DNA from: Myxococcota bacterium
GTDB taxonomy: Bacteria; Myxococcota_A; UBA796; SXON01
DNA: 61,960 bases
Assembly (NCBI GenBank): GCA_040386535.1
Contig: JAZKFH010000051.1
Span: 1-61,960 of the forward strand
Direction of reading: 5' to 3'
The position numbers and the translations under genes are program-made. This document shows, one piece after another, positions 38,110-46,816 of the stretch (the stretch's first letter is position 1; each line of letters begins with the position of its first letter). The notes beneath the pieces were generated by a model, which ran no database searches, was not told where the DNA came from, and was given only the letters and a program-made list of their open reading frames with translations.

Positions 38110-39248
38110 GTGGGCTCCCCGAGGTCGGCGCGGCCGAGCAGGCGGCGGTGGTGGAGCCAGGCGCGCACCCCGAGGAGCACGACTCCGCTCCCGACGAGCA
38201 CGCCGGCCTTGACCCAGAGGGTGAGCACCAGATCGTAGTAGAAGTGGACGCCGAACACGACGAGGAAGGCCGTGGAGAGGCCTGCCGCCACGGTGTCCCG
38301 CGCGGCGAAGCTGACGACCATGCCGAGCAGCGCGGCGAGCAGGCCGGGCCGTCCCTGGCCGAGGGCGCCGAGCGTGAGGGTGGTGACGATGGCGAGGACG
38401 CCCGGCTCCGAGGCGAGACCGACGTTGTAGGGCCGCAGCGCCCGCCAGAGGGCGACGAGCAGCCCCGCCGCGAGCACGAACGGCGCGAGGCGGAAGCCGG
38501 GGACGAGCTCGGCGCCCCCCATGTCCCGCAGGACATCCATCCACTCGCCGCCGAGGCTCGCGAGCAGGAGCGCCACGACGAGCGCGAGGCGCACCGGCGG
38601 GCGCATCGCGGAGGTGCGCGCGGACAGGGCGGCTTCGGGGACCGAGGTGGATGCGAGCAGCGATGCGGTGACGACGAGAAGGAGCAGGTCACCCGAGAGC
38701 GGATGCACGACCTGGTCGAGCAGGATCGCGAGCGACGAGACGCCGACGAGGGTGCTGACGAAACGCTGGACGGGGTCGGGGTGCACCGCCACGAGCCCGA
38801 CCGAGAGACAGAGCCACACGAGCGCCTGGGTGGACAGGGACAGGTCGTCGCTCAGGCCGGCGCCGAGCAGGAGCTGGCCCGCCCCGCCGACCGAGAGCGC
38901 GATCTGGTGCGCGAACAGGCCGGGGACGCCGAGCCGCACGCCCACGCCCGCCCCGAGCAGCACGAGGCCCACGGCGGTCATGACGCTGGGATCGTCGGCG
39001 ACGCCGAAGAGGAGCCCGAGGCACGCGAGCGCCGAGCCGAGGAGGAAGCAGCTGGCGATCCACGCGCCGAGGCCCACCATCACGCGCACCATGGGCGGGA
39101 CCGGCGTGGGGTTCACGGCGGGATCGGCGAGCGCGGCCTGGAGGGGGTCGGGCGCGGCGGTGGGAACGCCGGCGGGAACTTCGGCGGGAACGCCGGGGGG
39201 GAGCAGGCCGGCGGCCGCGAGCTGCGCGAGCAGGGTGCGCCAGGTCAC
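38106..39248 (-). CDS. DUF4401-like membrane protein
   Basis: GLGAWIA, HFYYDLVLTLWVKAGVL; multiple TM segments; GTGA overlap. Confidence 0.8.
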   Translation of the reverse strand: MTWRTLLAQLAAAGLLPPGVPAEVPAGVPTAAPDPLQAALADPAVNPTPVPPMVRVMVGLGAWIASCFLLGSALACLGLLFGVADDPSVMTAVGLVLLGAGVGVRLGVPGLFAHQIALSVGGAGQLLLGAGLSDDLSLSTQALVWLCLSVGLVAVHPDPVQRFVSTLVGVSSLAILLDQVVHPLSGDLLLLVVTASLLASTSVPEAALSARTSAMRPPVRLALVVALLLASLGGEWMDVLRDMGGAELVPGFRLAPFVLAAGLLVALWRALRPYNVGLASEPGVLAIVTTLTLGALGQGRPGLLAALLGMVVSFAARDTVAAGLSTAFLVVFGVHFYYDLVLTLWVKAGVLVGSGVVLLGVRAWLHHRRLLGRADLGEPT

Positions 39249-40282
39249 GCGGCCTCCCGGGTGTCGGCGAGCGGGGCGAGGTGGATGATCCAGCGCGCGG
39301 CCACCGCTACCTTGGCGGCCACCACGAGGCCACTGATCCCGAAGAGCATCACGGCGGCGAGCTCGTTGTCGGCCGCCTCGACGATCTCGAAGGCCACGCG
39401 CGCGAGCGCCGAGCTGGTCACGACGAGCAGCGCGGTGGTGCCCAGGGCGAGCAGGCCCCGTTCGAGCTGGGCGACGCGCGCGAACCCGTAGACCGCGGCG
39501 AGCAGGGCGCCGAGCAGGATCACGCCGGGGAGGTAGGCGACGTCGAGATCGTCGGCGATCCAGGCCACGGTCGAGCTGACCGCCGGCACCAGCGCGCTCA
39601 CCAGCAGGACGCGCGGGGCCCACCGGGCGGCCATCCAGGCGACGCCGCGGAGGCGGAGGACCTCCCACACGAGCCAGGCGGCGGCGTTCATCGCGGTGGC
39701 GAGGTGGACGCCGAGCATCCGCTCGCTGTCGGACTGCGGGTCGAACGCCTGGGTCCAGAACAAGGCGAGCGTGACGTTCCAGAGGACCACCTGCACCAGC
39801 CACAGCGCCGGGAGCCGCGCGACCGCGGCCCACGCCACGGTGAGCCCAGCCCAGGCGAGGAACAGGCCGTACGGATCGGCGCCCGTCTGGTAGGTGGTGC
39901 CGAACACGCCGAGCAGCGGCCCGACGAGCACGGTGGCGCCGAGCACCAGGGCCTGCGTGGACAAATGGTCGAACCGCCCCAGCGCGCCCTGCCACGCCGC
40001 CCCCGCGACCGCCGCGACGATCGCGGCCGCGAGCAGCCCCATCTGGAGGAACCGCCCGAGCGCATCCCAATTGTAGGCGAAGAAGTAGATCGTGCCCGCG
40101 AGCACCAACGCGGCGCCGAGGAAGAGCAGCAGCCGATCGGCGAAGGTGGCCCAGGCGGCCGGGGTGGGCGGCGCGTCGATCGTCTCGGCGCCGACACGGA
40201 GGGCCTCCGCCGAGATCAACCCGCCCTCGTGCAGGCGGTGCAGCACGGCGGGGACGACGGGAGTGTCGAGGAGATCGGGCAT
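39245..40282 (-). CDS. DUF2157-like membrane protein
   Basis: GTIYFFAYNW, GTTYQTGADPYGLFLAW; multiple TM segments. Confidence 0.85.
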   Translation of the reverse strand: MPDLLDTPVVPAVLHRLHEGGLISAEALRVGAETIDAPPTPAAWATFADRLLLFLGAALVLAGTIYFFAYNWDALGRFLQMGLLAAAIVAAVAGAAWQGALGRFDHLSTQALVLGATVLVGPLLGVFGTTYQTGADPYGLFLAWAGLTVAWAAVARLPALWLVQVVLWNVTLALFWTQAFDPQSDSERMLGVHLATAMNAAAWLVWEVLRLRGVAWMAARWAPRVLLVSALVPAVSSTVAWIADDLDVAYLPGVILLGALLAAVYGFARVAQLERGLLALGTTALLVVTSSALARVAFEIVEAADNELAAVMLFGISGLVVAAKVAVAARWIIHLAPLADTREAA

Positions 40283-40352
40283 GGCGCGTCGCATAAGCTG
40301 GCGGTGGAGCGGCGGGTATCCGGGAGGGGAGCGAACGATCAGGCGCGCCCGC

Positions 40353-41660
40353 TCATGCGGACGGCATCAACCGGCTGCCGCGCCACAACAGCAGCGATGC
40401 CGCGACGCAGCAGACGGGGGCGAACATCAGCGCGTCACGCGCGGCCATGGGGACGGCGGCGCCGCCGAGGCTGTCGGCGAGGAGGCCGGTGAGCGGGGGC
40501 GCGAGGCCGTAGCCGACGAGGTTGACCACGAAGAGGTACACGCCCACGGCCATGCCGCGCTGGAGCGGGCCGGAGATGGTGACGAGATCGGCCGCAGCGG
40601 GCCCGAGCCACGCTAGGCCGAGTCCCAGGAGCAGCACGTAGGCGCCGAACATGACGGGCAGGCTGCCCCCGTGCAGCAAGGCCAGCCAGAGCGGCGCGCA
40701 GACCGCGGCGCAGAGGGCCGAGAACCGCATGCGGCCGCCGGGGTGGCGCGCCCGGAACTTGTCGGCAACCCAGCCGCCGAACGCCGTGGCGAGGCCGCCC
40801 GCGAACAGGCTGCCCAACCCGGCGAGCAGCCCGATGTCGGCCTTCTGGACGCCGAACCCGAGCTCGAGCATCTTCGGGACCCATATCGACAACGCGTAGC
40901 TCGCGGCCGCGAACGTGGCGTAGCCGGTGAGGTGCCACTTGAGCGCGGGTGCCGCCGCGAGGGCGCGGAGGGAGGCCCAGGCGCTGGGGGCGGCGGTGGG
41001 GGGATCGGAAGACACACCCGCGGGCAGCGCGCCCGCCCCGCTGGTCCGCGCGGGCTCGGGCAGCATCCACACCAGCCCGGCCAGCAGGAGCCCGGGGAAG
41101 CCGAGCACGTAGAACGCCGAGCGCCAGCCCCACTCCTGGCCGATCCACCCGCCCAGGAAGAACGCGGCCGCCGCCCCCAGCGGCACGCCGGCGCTGTAGA
41201 TCGACTGCACCGTGGCGCGCATGCGCGGCGCGAACCAGTCGGCGAGTAGCGAGAGGGCCGCGGGGCCCAGCGTCGCCTCGCCCACGCCGACCATGACGCG
41301 GCAGGCGAACAACGACCAGAAGTCGTTCGCGAGGCCGGTGAGCCCGGAGAAGAGGCTCCACGTGGCGAGGCCCACCGCGATCATCTTCGTGCGCGGCACA
41401 CGGTCGGCGAGGCGGCCGAAGGGCACGCCGAGGAGCGTGTAGAACAACACGAACGACGTGGTGCCGAGCAGCGCGAGCTCGGTGTCCGACAGGCCGAATT
41501 CCGACTTGATCGACCCGAACTGCATCAGGATGAGGTTGCGGTCGAGGAAGTTGAAGACGTAGACGACGAGCAGGAGGCCGAGCCCCCAGGCCCCCTCCCG
41601 CGAGACGGCGGCGCCGGCGGCGGGACCGGCAGGAGTGGGTGCGACGCTTGGCGCGGACAA
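40353..41660 (-). CDS. MFS transporter (spinster-like)
   Basis: NFLDRN, GRLADRVPR, RVMVGVGEA, WGWRSAF; 12 TM pattern. Confidence 0.9.
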   Translation of the reverse strand: MSAPSVAPTPAGPAAGAAVSREGAWGLGLLLVVYVFNFLDRNLILMQFGSIKSEFGLSDTELALLGTTSFVLFYTLLGVPFGRLADRVPRTKMIAVGLATWSLFSGLTGLANDFWSLFACRVMVGVGEATLGPAALSLLADWFAPRMRATVQSIYSAGVPLGAAAAFFLGGWIGQEWGWRSAFYVLGFPGLLLAGLVWMLPEPARTSGAGALPAGVSSDPPTAAPSAWASLRALAAAPALKWHLTGYATFAAASYALSIWVPKMLELGFGVQKADIGLLAGLGSLFAGGLATAFGGWVADKFRARHPGGRMRFSALCAAVCAPLWLALLHGGSLPVMFGAYVLLLGLGLAWLGPAAADLVTISGPLQRGMAVGVYLFVVNLVGYGLAPPLTGLLADSLGGAAVPMAARDALMFAPVCCVAASLLLWRGSRLMPSA

Positions 41661-41812
41661 GGGAGCCTCGGGGGTGCGGCGTCCTATCGGCGCTGTTGCG
41701 GCGCGGCAAGAGGTTTGTTGCGGTGCGGCGGATCCGCGCGAGTCACCGTGTCGAGCGCCGGATCGACCCTCGTCACCGACCCGTCGCAGCCCGCGACGCG
41801 CTACGTCGGCGG

Positions 41813-42193
41813 ATGTCCGAACCCTCCCGAAACGTCCTCGGCGGCCCGCTCGTCGCGTGCTCGATGAAGCCCCGCACCGGCTGGTTCCGCGACGGCTGTT
41901 GCCGCACGGACGAGAACGACCGCGGCTCCCACGTCGTGTGTGTGCAGTTGACAGCCGAGTTCCTGCGCTTCTCCGCGGCGAAGGGCAACGACCTGTCCAC
42001 GCCCGTGCCCGCGTACGGCTTCCCCGGGCTAAAGCCCGGCGACCGCTGGTGCCTCTGCGCCAACCGCTGGGCAGAGGCGTTCGCGGCCGGCAACGCGCCG
42101 ATGGTCGTACTCGCCGCGACGCACGAGGCGGCGCTCCGTCACGCGACGCTCGAGGACCTGCTGGCGCACGCGGTGGATGCGATCGAGAGCTGA
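41813..42193 (+). CDS. DUF2237 family protein
   Basis: NVLGGPL..CS..P.TGWFRDGCC, GNDLSTP, GDRWCLCA, ATHE. Confidence 0.9.
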   Translation: MSEPSRNVLGGPLVACSMKPRTGWFRDGCCRTDENDRGSHVVCVQLTAEFLRFSAAKGNDLSTPVPAYGFPGLKPGDRWCLCANRWAEAFAAGNAPMVVLAATHEAALRHATLEDLLAHAVDAIES

Positions 42194-42248
42194 TCCGAGC
42201 GTCGCTCCAGCGGGGCGTTCGACGAGCCCGCGGTGGTGTTCACGATGA

Positions 42249-42770
42249 TCATGCCGGGCTGACCACCCACTCCCGCCGCAACAGCCCGAACACCACCTCG
42301 TCCACCGGCGCGCCCCGGATCACGTAGTGCTCTCGGAGCACGCCCTCGCGCGTGAAGCCGAGGCGGTCGAGCAGGCGGCAGGATGCGACGTTCTGGTCGT
42401 GCACGTAGGCGACGAGGCGGCGCAGGGGGGACTCGGCGAACACGCGGGCCACGAGCGCGCGGACGGCCGCGGTCCCGACGCCGCGCCCGTGCACGGTCTC
42501 GCAGAAGCCGTACCCGATCTCGGCGTACCCCATGCGCGGGTTGACGCTCTTGAGCGACACGCTGCCGACCACGGCGCCCTCGTGCCGCACGAACCACCGG
42601 TAGTTGCCCTCGCCGTCGAGCTCCGAGCGCTCCGCGGCGAGCATGACGCGGACCTCGACCGGCGTGAGCGCGGCGAGCGGGTTGTGGCGCACCGTCGCGT
42701 CCTGCGCCCGCCACCGGAGGAAGGGCTCGAAGCAGGCGGGGGAATAGGGGACCAGCTCGATGACGGGCAC
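42249..42770 (-). CDS. RimJ/RimL-type GNAT acetyltransferase
   Basis: AEIGYG, HGRGVGT, NVASCRLLDRLGFTREGVLR. Confidence 0.88.
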   Translation of the reverse strand: MPVIELVPYSPACFEPFLRWRAQDATVRHNPLAALTPVEVRVMLAAERSELDGEGNYRWFVRHEGAVVGSVSLKSVNPRMGYAEIGYGFCETVHGRGVGTAAVRALVARVFAESPLRRLVAYVHDQNVASCRLLDRLGFTREGVLREHYVIRGAPVDEVVFGLLRREWVVSPA

Positions 42771-42841
42771 GGGCGACTCTCTCCGGGAAGCCTACGACGG
42801 CGCGGGCTCGTCGTCCTCGCTGAAGCCGTGTCCGGGCCGCC

Positions 42842-44068
42842 TCACATGAAGTTCCGCGTATGCAAGCTCGACATCGCCTCCGCCTCATCCAGGTCGAAGC
42901 CGAGGAGGCGCAGCCGCTGCTGGCGGCCCTCGTCCATGTCGTGGGCGAGGCGGGTCACGCGGGCCGCGCCCTCGGCGAGCTGGGCGTGGTCCCATCCGCC
43001 CGCGGCCAGCAGCAGCAGGGCGTCGTGGACCTCTTCGTTCAGGCCCGCGGTGCCGACGAGCGCCTGGTGCCGTCGGGTCACCGCGTTGACGAGGCGCACG
43101 CGGAGATCGGGGTCGCCGTCGAGGTGCGCGCCGAGGTGGGCCATGCCGAAGGCCACGTGGCGGGCCTCGTCCTGGGCGGCGGCGCGCGCGATGGCGCGGG
43201 TGAGCGCATCGGGCGCGTGTTCGGCGAGGAACCAGAGCAGGGTGAGGAAGCTGCCCTCGCCGAGCACCGAGAGCAGGAAGGTGGAGAGGGCGAAGTCGGG
43301 CTCGGTCAGGAGCGTCGCGAGCGAGGCCTGCCCGCCCGCCGTGGAGAGCCCGGGGGCGCTCCGGGCGAGCAGGGCCCGGCGCGAGAAGACCTCGATGTGG
43401 CGGGCCTCGTCGGCGGCCTGGACCGCGAGGACCTGCAAGACCTCGCGGAAGTGGGGGTGCACCTGGGCGAGGAACCGCGCGGGCACGAGCAGCGCGGCCA
43501 TCTCGTTCTCCACGAGGTAGGTCATGACCTGGACGACGGCGTCCTCGACCTCGGGCGGGTGGTCGAGCGGGGTGTCCCACGGCAGGGTCGCGGGGTCCCA
43601 CTGGGCGGCGGCGGCCTTGCGGTAGATGCGCGCGGCCTCGTCGGTCCACACCTCGGCCTTCGTCGCGAGCGGAAAGTGCAAGGAAGGGCCGCCCGGCTCG
43701 ACGGCCGCGCCGCGCAGGGCGAGCCCCCACGACGGAGACGGGTTCTCCACGACGCCGTAGGGGCCCGCGTCGCCGGACCGCTCGGCACCCCGCCAGCGCC
43801 CCTCGGCGGCCGGGGTGCGCACGAGCACGGCGACGAGCGGAGACGTCGACGCGACGGGGCTCCCCGCCACCTCCACCACGCGCTCGACGGGGATGCCCTG
43901 GCCCCGCGCCCACGCGCGCAGATCGAGGCCGATCGTCGCGTCGCGGCCGTACACGCGCAGGCGTGCGCCGTCGGGCAGCATCCGCAGCGCCCGCCGCACG
44001 AGCAGGTGGCCTCCTCCGGCGAGGGGCAGGCCGGCGAGATCGACGTCCGATGGCGGCGGAAGGGTCAC
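42842..44068 (-). CDS. TusA-like domain fused to ferritin-like di-iron domain
   Basis: N-terminal TusA/SirA pattern (VDLAGL..LVRRAL..G..LRV...DLRAWAR..G) without Cys; di-iron ligand pattern ENE, DEARH, GEG, DEARH; GTGA overlap. Confidence 0.8.
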   Translation of the reverse strand: MTLPPPSDVDLAGLPLAGGGHLLVRRALRMLPDGARLRVYGRDATIGLDLRAWARGQGIPVERVVEVAGSPVASTSPLVAVLVRTPAAEGRWRGAERSGDAGPYGVVENPSPSWGLALRGAAVEPGGPSLHFPLATKAEVWTDEAARIYRKAAAAQWDPATLPWDTPLDHPPEVEDAVVQVMTYLVENEMAALLVPARFLAQVHPHFREVLQVLAVQAADEARHIEVFSRRALLARSAPGLSTAGGQASLATLLTEPDFALSTFLLSVLGEGSFLTLLWFLAEHAPDALTRAIARAAAQDEARHVAFGMAHLGAHLDGDPDLRVRLVNAVTRRHQALVGTAGLNEEVHDALLLLAAGGWDHAQLAEGAARVTRLAHDMDEGRQQRLRLLGFDLDEAEAMSSLHTRNFM

Positions 44069-44919
44069 CGCGGGGCCGCCCGCGCGACGTCTCGAAGAAA
44101 CGCGTCCACCGTGCCGAACCGCTCCACGGCGGCCTCGAGCGTGACGTACCCCTCGGTCCGCCCGGGCCGCCACTGGCGGAGGCCCTCCATCTCGAGGAGC
44201 GGCCGCACCGCCGGATCGTCCCACGACATCGACATCAACAGCTCGACGAAGCGCCCCATCCGGGGGTGCCCGGCGCCGAGGACCGTCATGTTGCAATGAT
44301 CGTAGGGGCCGGTCTGCCCGAGCACGCGCACGCTCCCCATCGGGAAGGTGCCCTCCTTGGTGAACGCCGCGTGGTTGCCGTCGATGAGGCAGACGGCGTC
44401 GACCTCGCCGCGGATCAGGGCGCGCGCCGCGTCCCGCTCGCCGCCGATGTGGTCGCCGTGTTTGCCGAGCAGCACGTCGAACCGGCGCTCCCGCACCTCC
44501 ACCCCCTGCTCCGCGAGCCAGTGGAGCGGGATCAGCGTGGCCTGGGGCGAGTCGCCAGCGCCTACGCCCACGCGCGCGCCGGCGAGGTCCGCGACGGTGC
44601 GGTAGGGCGCGTCCGCGCGCACCACCACGACGGAGGTGAGGTCCTGGTCGGTGTCGCGCATGGCGACGGTCTCACACGCCACACCGCGGGCGAGCGCGCC
44701 GCGGCGGGCCTCGATCCAGGCGAGCGGCGAGTTCCAGGCGACGTGCACGTGCCCGTCGAGGTGCGCCTGCACCAACCGCTCGTAGTTGGCGTAGAGCACG
44801 TAGTCGAAGTCGAGCCCGTGCCCGGCGAACCAGGCCCGGAATCCCTCCCAGATGGTGACGACCTTCGGATCGTAGGCGACCGCGCCGAGCAGGAGCGTGT
44901 CGTGGGGTGCGCGCAGCAT
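44065..44919 (-). CDS. PhnD/SsuA-fold (type 2 binding-protein fold) protein without signal peptide
   Basis: GAVAYDPKVV, HVAWNSPLAW, DLAGARVGVGAGDSPQAT, GKHGDHIGGE, YDHCN. Confidence 0.8.
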   Translation of the reverse strand: MLRAPHDTLLLGAVAYDPKVVTIWEGFRAWFAGHGLDFDYVLYANYERLVQAHLDGHVHVAWNSPLAWIEARRGALARGVACETVAMRDTDQDLTSVVVVRADAPYRTVADLAGARVGVGAGDSPQATLIPLHWLAEQGVEVRERRFDVLLGKHGDHIGGERDAARALIRGEVDAVCLIDGNHAAFTKEGTFPMGSVRVLGQTGPYDHCNMTVLGAGHPRMGRFVELLMSMSWDDPAVRPLLEMEGLRQWRPGRTEGYVTLEAAVERFGTVDAFLRDVARAAPR

Positions 44920-44927
44920 GGGATTTC

Positions 44928-46082
44928 CTAGAAGAGGGGGAGGCCGACGAGGGCCTTGCCGATGAAGTCGTAGAGAACGTCGGTCGTCGGGGCCATGACG
45001 CCGGCGGCGCGGGCGTCTCGGAACGCGCGGTCCACGCCGACCTCCTTGCGGAACGCGGAGCCGCCGCACACGCGCATGGCGAGCTCGGTCACCTCGAGGG
45101 CGTTCTCGGCGGCGGACGCGCGCACCTCGAGCACCCGGAGCATCGTGTCGGGGCGGCCGGTGGTGATGGCGGTGACGGTGTCGTCGAGGAGGGTCCGGGC
45201 CTGGTCCGTGCGGATGCGCATGCGGGCGAGGTACGCGCGGATCGTCGGGAGGTCCGCGAGGTTGGCGCCGAGGTGCGCGAAGCCCGTGCCGGCGCAGTGG
45301 GCGGCGGCCTTCTGGGTGGCGGCCTCCATGATGCCGACCGAGACGCCGGCGGAGAGCGCGGCGAACCAGGGCAGGACGGTGCCCATCATCACGTCGAAGC
45401 CGCCGCCGTCGGGGCCGAGGCGGTTGGTGGCGGGGATGCGCACGCCTTCGGCGTTCACGGCGGTGGAGTCGTTGCCGCGCAGGCCGAGGCCGTCGAACGG
45501 GGCCGGCACGGACAGGCCGGCGGCGCGGTTGGGGACCAGCCAGATCGTGCTCGCACCGTCACCCGCGACGGGCTTGGACGACCACACGAACGAGTCGGCG
45601 CGGCGGGAGCTGGTCACCCAGCTCTTTCGCGCGTCGAGGACGACGTTGTCGCCGTCGATCGCGGCGGTGGAGAGGGGCGCCCAGAAGTGCGAGCGGGAGC
45701 CCACCTCGGAGAAGGCGAGCGTGGTGAGGTGCCGGCCGGCGGCGATGTCGCGGCGCACGCCCTCGAGGCCGGGCTGGTGGGGCCCGAGCGCTTCGAGCAC
45801 CGCCGTGGCGGAGTAGTGCATGCACGTGATCATGCCGGTGGACCCGCACGCGCGGGCCACACGCTCGACCACGTCGACCGCCTCGCGGAGCGACAAGCCG
45901 CTGCCGCCAACGTCGGCGGCGGAGAGGATGCCGAGGAGCCCGCTGGCGCCGAGGGCGGTGACGGCCTCCTCCGGGAAGCGGCCGTGGGTGTCGACGGCGG
46001 AGGCGTGGGCGGCGACGACCTCGTCGGCGACACGGCCGGCGAGGGGGAGGACATCTGCGGACGCGAGGGGGGCGATGGACAC
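44928..46082 (-). CDS. Acyl-CoA dehydrogenase-fold flavoprotein
   Basis: LAFSEVGSRSH, KSWVTS, LGLRGNDS, MRVCGG, FRDARAA. Confidence 0.88.
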   Translation of the reverse strand: MSIAPLASADVLPLAGRVADEVVAAHASAVDTHGRFPEEAVTALGASGLLGILSAADVGGSGLSLREAVDVVERVARACGSTGMITCMHYSATAVLEALGPHQPGLEGVRRDIAAGRHLTTLAFSEVGSRSHFWAPLSTAAIDGDNVVLDARKSWVTSSRRADSFVWSSKPVAGDGASTIWLVPNRAAGLSVPAPFDGLGLRGNDSTAVNAEGVRIPATNRLGPDGGGFDVMMGTVLPWFAALSAGVSVGIMEAATQKAAAHCAGTGFAHLGANLADLPTIRAYLARMRIRTDQARTLLDDTVTAITTGRPDTMLRVLEVRASAAENALEVTELAMRVCGGSAFRKEVGVDRAFRDARAAGVMAPTTDVLYDFIGKALVGLPLF

Positions 46083-46330
46083 GAGGGTCTCCGGGGCGTG
46101 CGCACGGCGCGCCTCGGGACGGTCCGTCAGCGCGTCGTGTCGGGGGGATGAGCCGGGCGCCCGTGAACCACGGGCGTGCGGCGGAGTCAGAGCGAGGTCA
46201 TGCCGTGCACGCTGCCACGGGTTCGTCCGGGTGGCAAGTGGCTGGCGACGGCCGGCCTCGCCAGGGGAACCGCACCGGGCGGGCCCGAGCTGATTCGGCG
46301 CTTATCAAGGTTGGCGGAGGACGAATCATC

Positions 46331-46726
46331 ATGTTGAATCGCATTCTCGGCGCGGCCTCGATCGTGGGTGTGGCCCTGCTCCTCGGGGCGGCGCCCACTG
46401 GCAGCCAACCGAGTGGGGGCCAACCGGGGACCACCGGGACCACCGAGATGAGCCCGGCCATGCAGGGCTACAAGCAGAGCATGGACACGATGCACGAGGC
46501 GATGATGAAGCCGATGACCGGCAACGTGGACCAGGACTACGCGCAGATGATGATCGCGCACCACCAGGGCGCCATCGACATGGCGCGCGTGGAGCTGCAG
46601 TACGGCACCGATCCGACCCTCAAGCAGATGGCCCAGACGGTCATCGACGAGCAGGGCAAGGAGATCGACGCGCTCAAGCAGTGGCAGAAAACGAACAAGC
46701 CGGTGCAGGAAGGCCGCCTGTACTGA
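46331..46726 (+). CDS. DUF305 / CopM-family metallochaperone
   Basis: SD GGAGG, signal peptide, Met-rich, MMIAHHQGAIDMA, Q..EI. Confidence 0.88.
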   Translation: MLNRILGAASIVGVALLLGAAPTGSQPSGGQPGTTGTTEMSPAMQGYKQSMDTMHEAMMKPMTGNVDQDYAQMMIAHHQGAIDMARVELQYGTDPTLKQMAQTVIDEQGKEIDALKQWQKTNKPVQEGRLY

Positions 46727-46816
46727 CGCAGAGGCGGTAGCGCCGGCCGCGAGGCCCGCGCGCGGACACGACGTGGGGAGGGGCCGCCGCGGCGCCTCCC
46801 CCGTTAGTTGGGCGGG

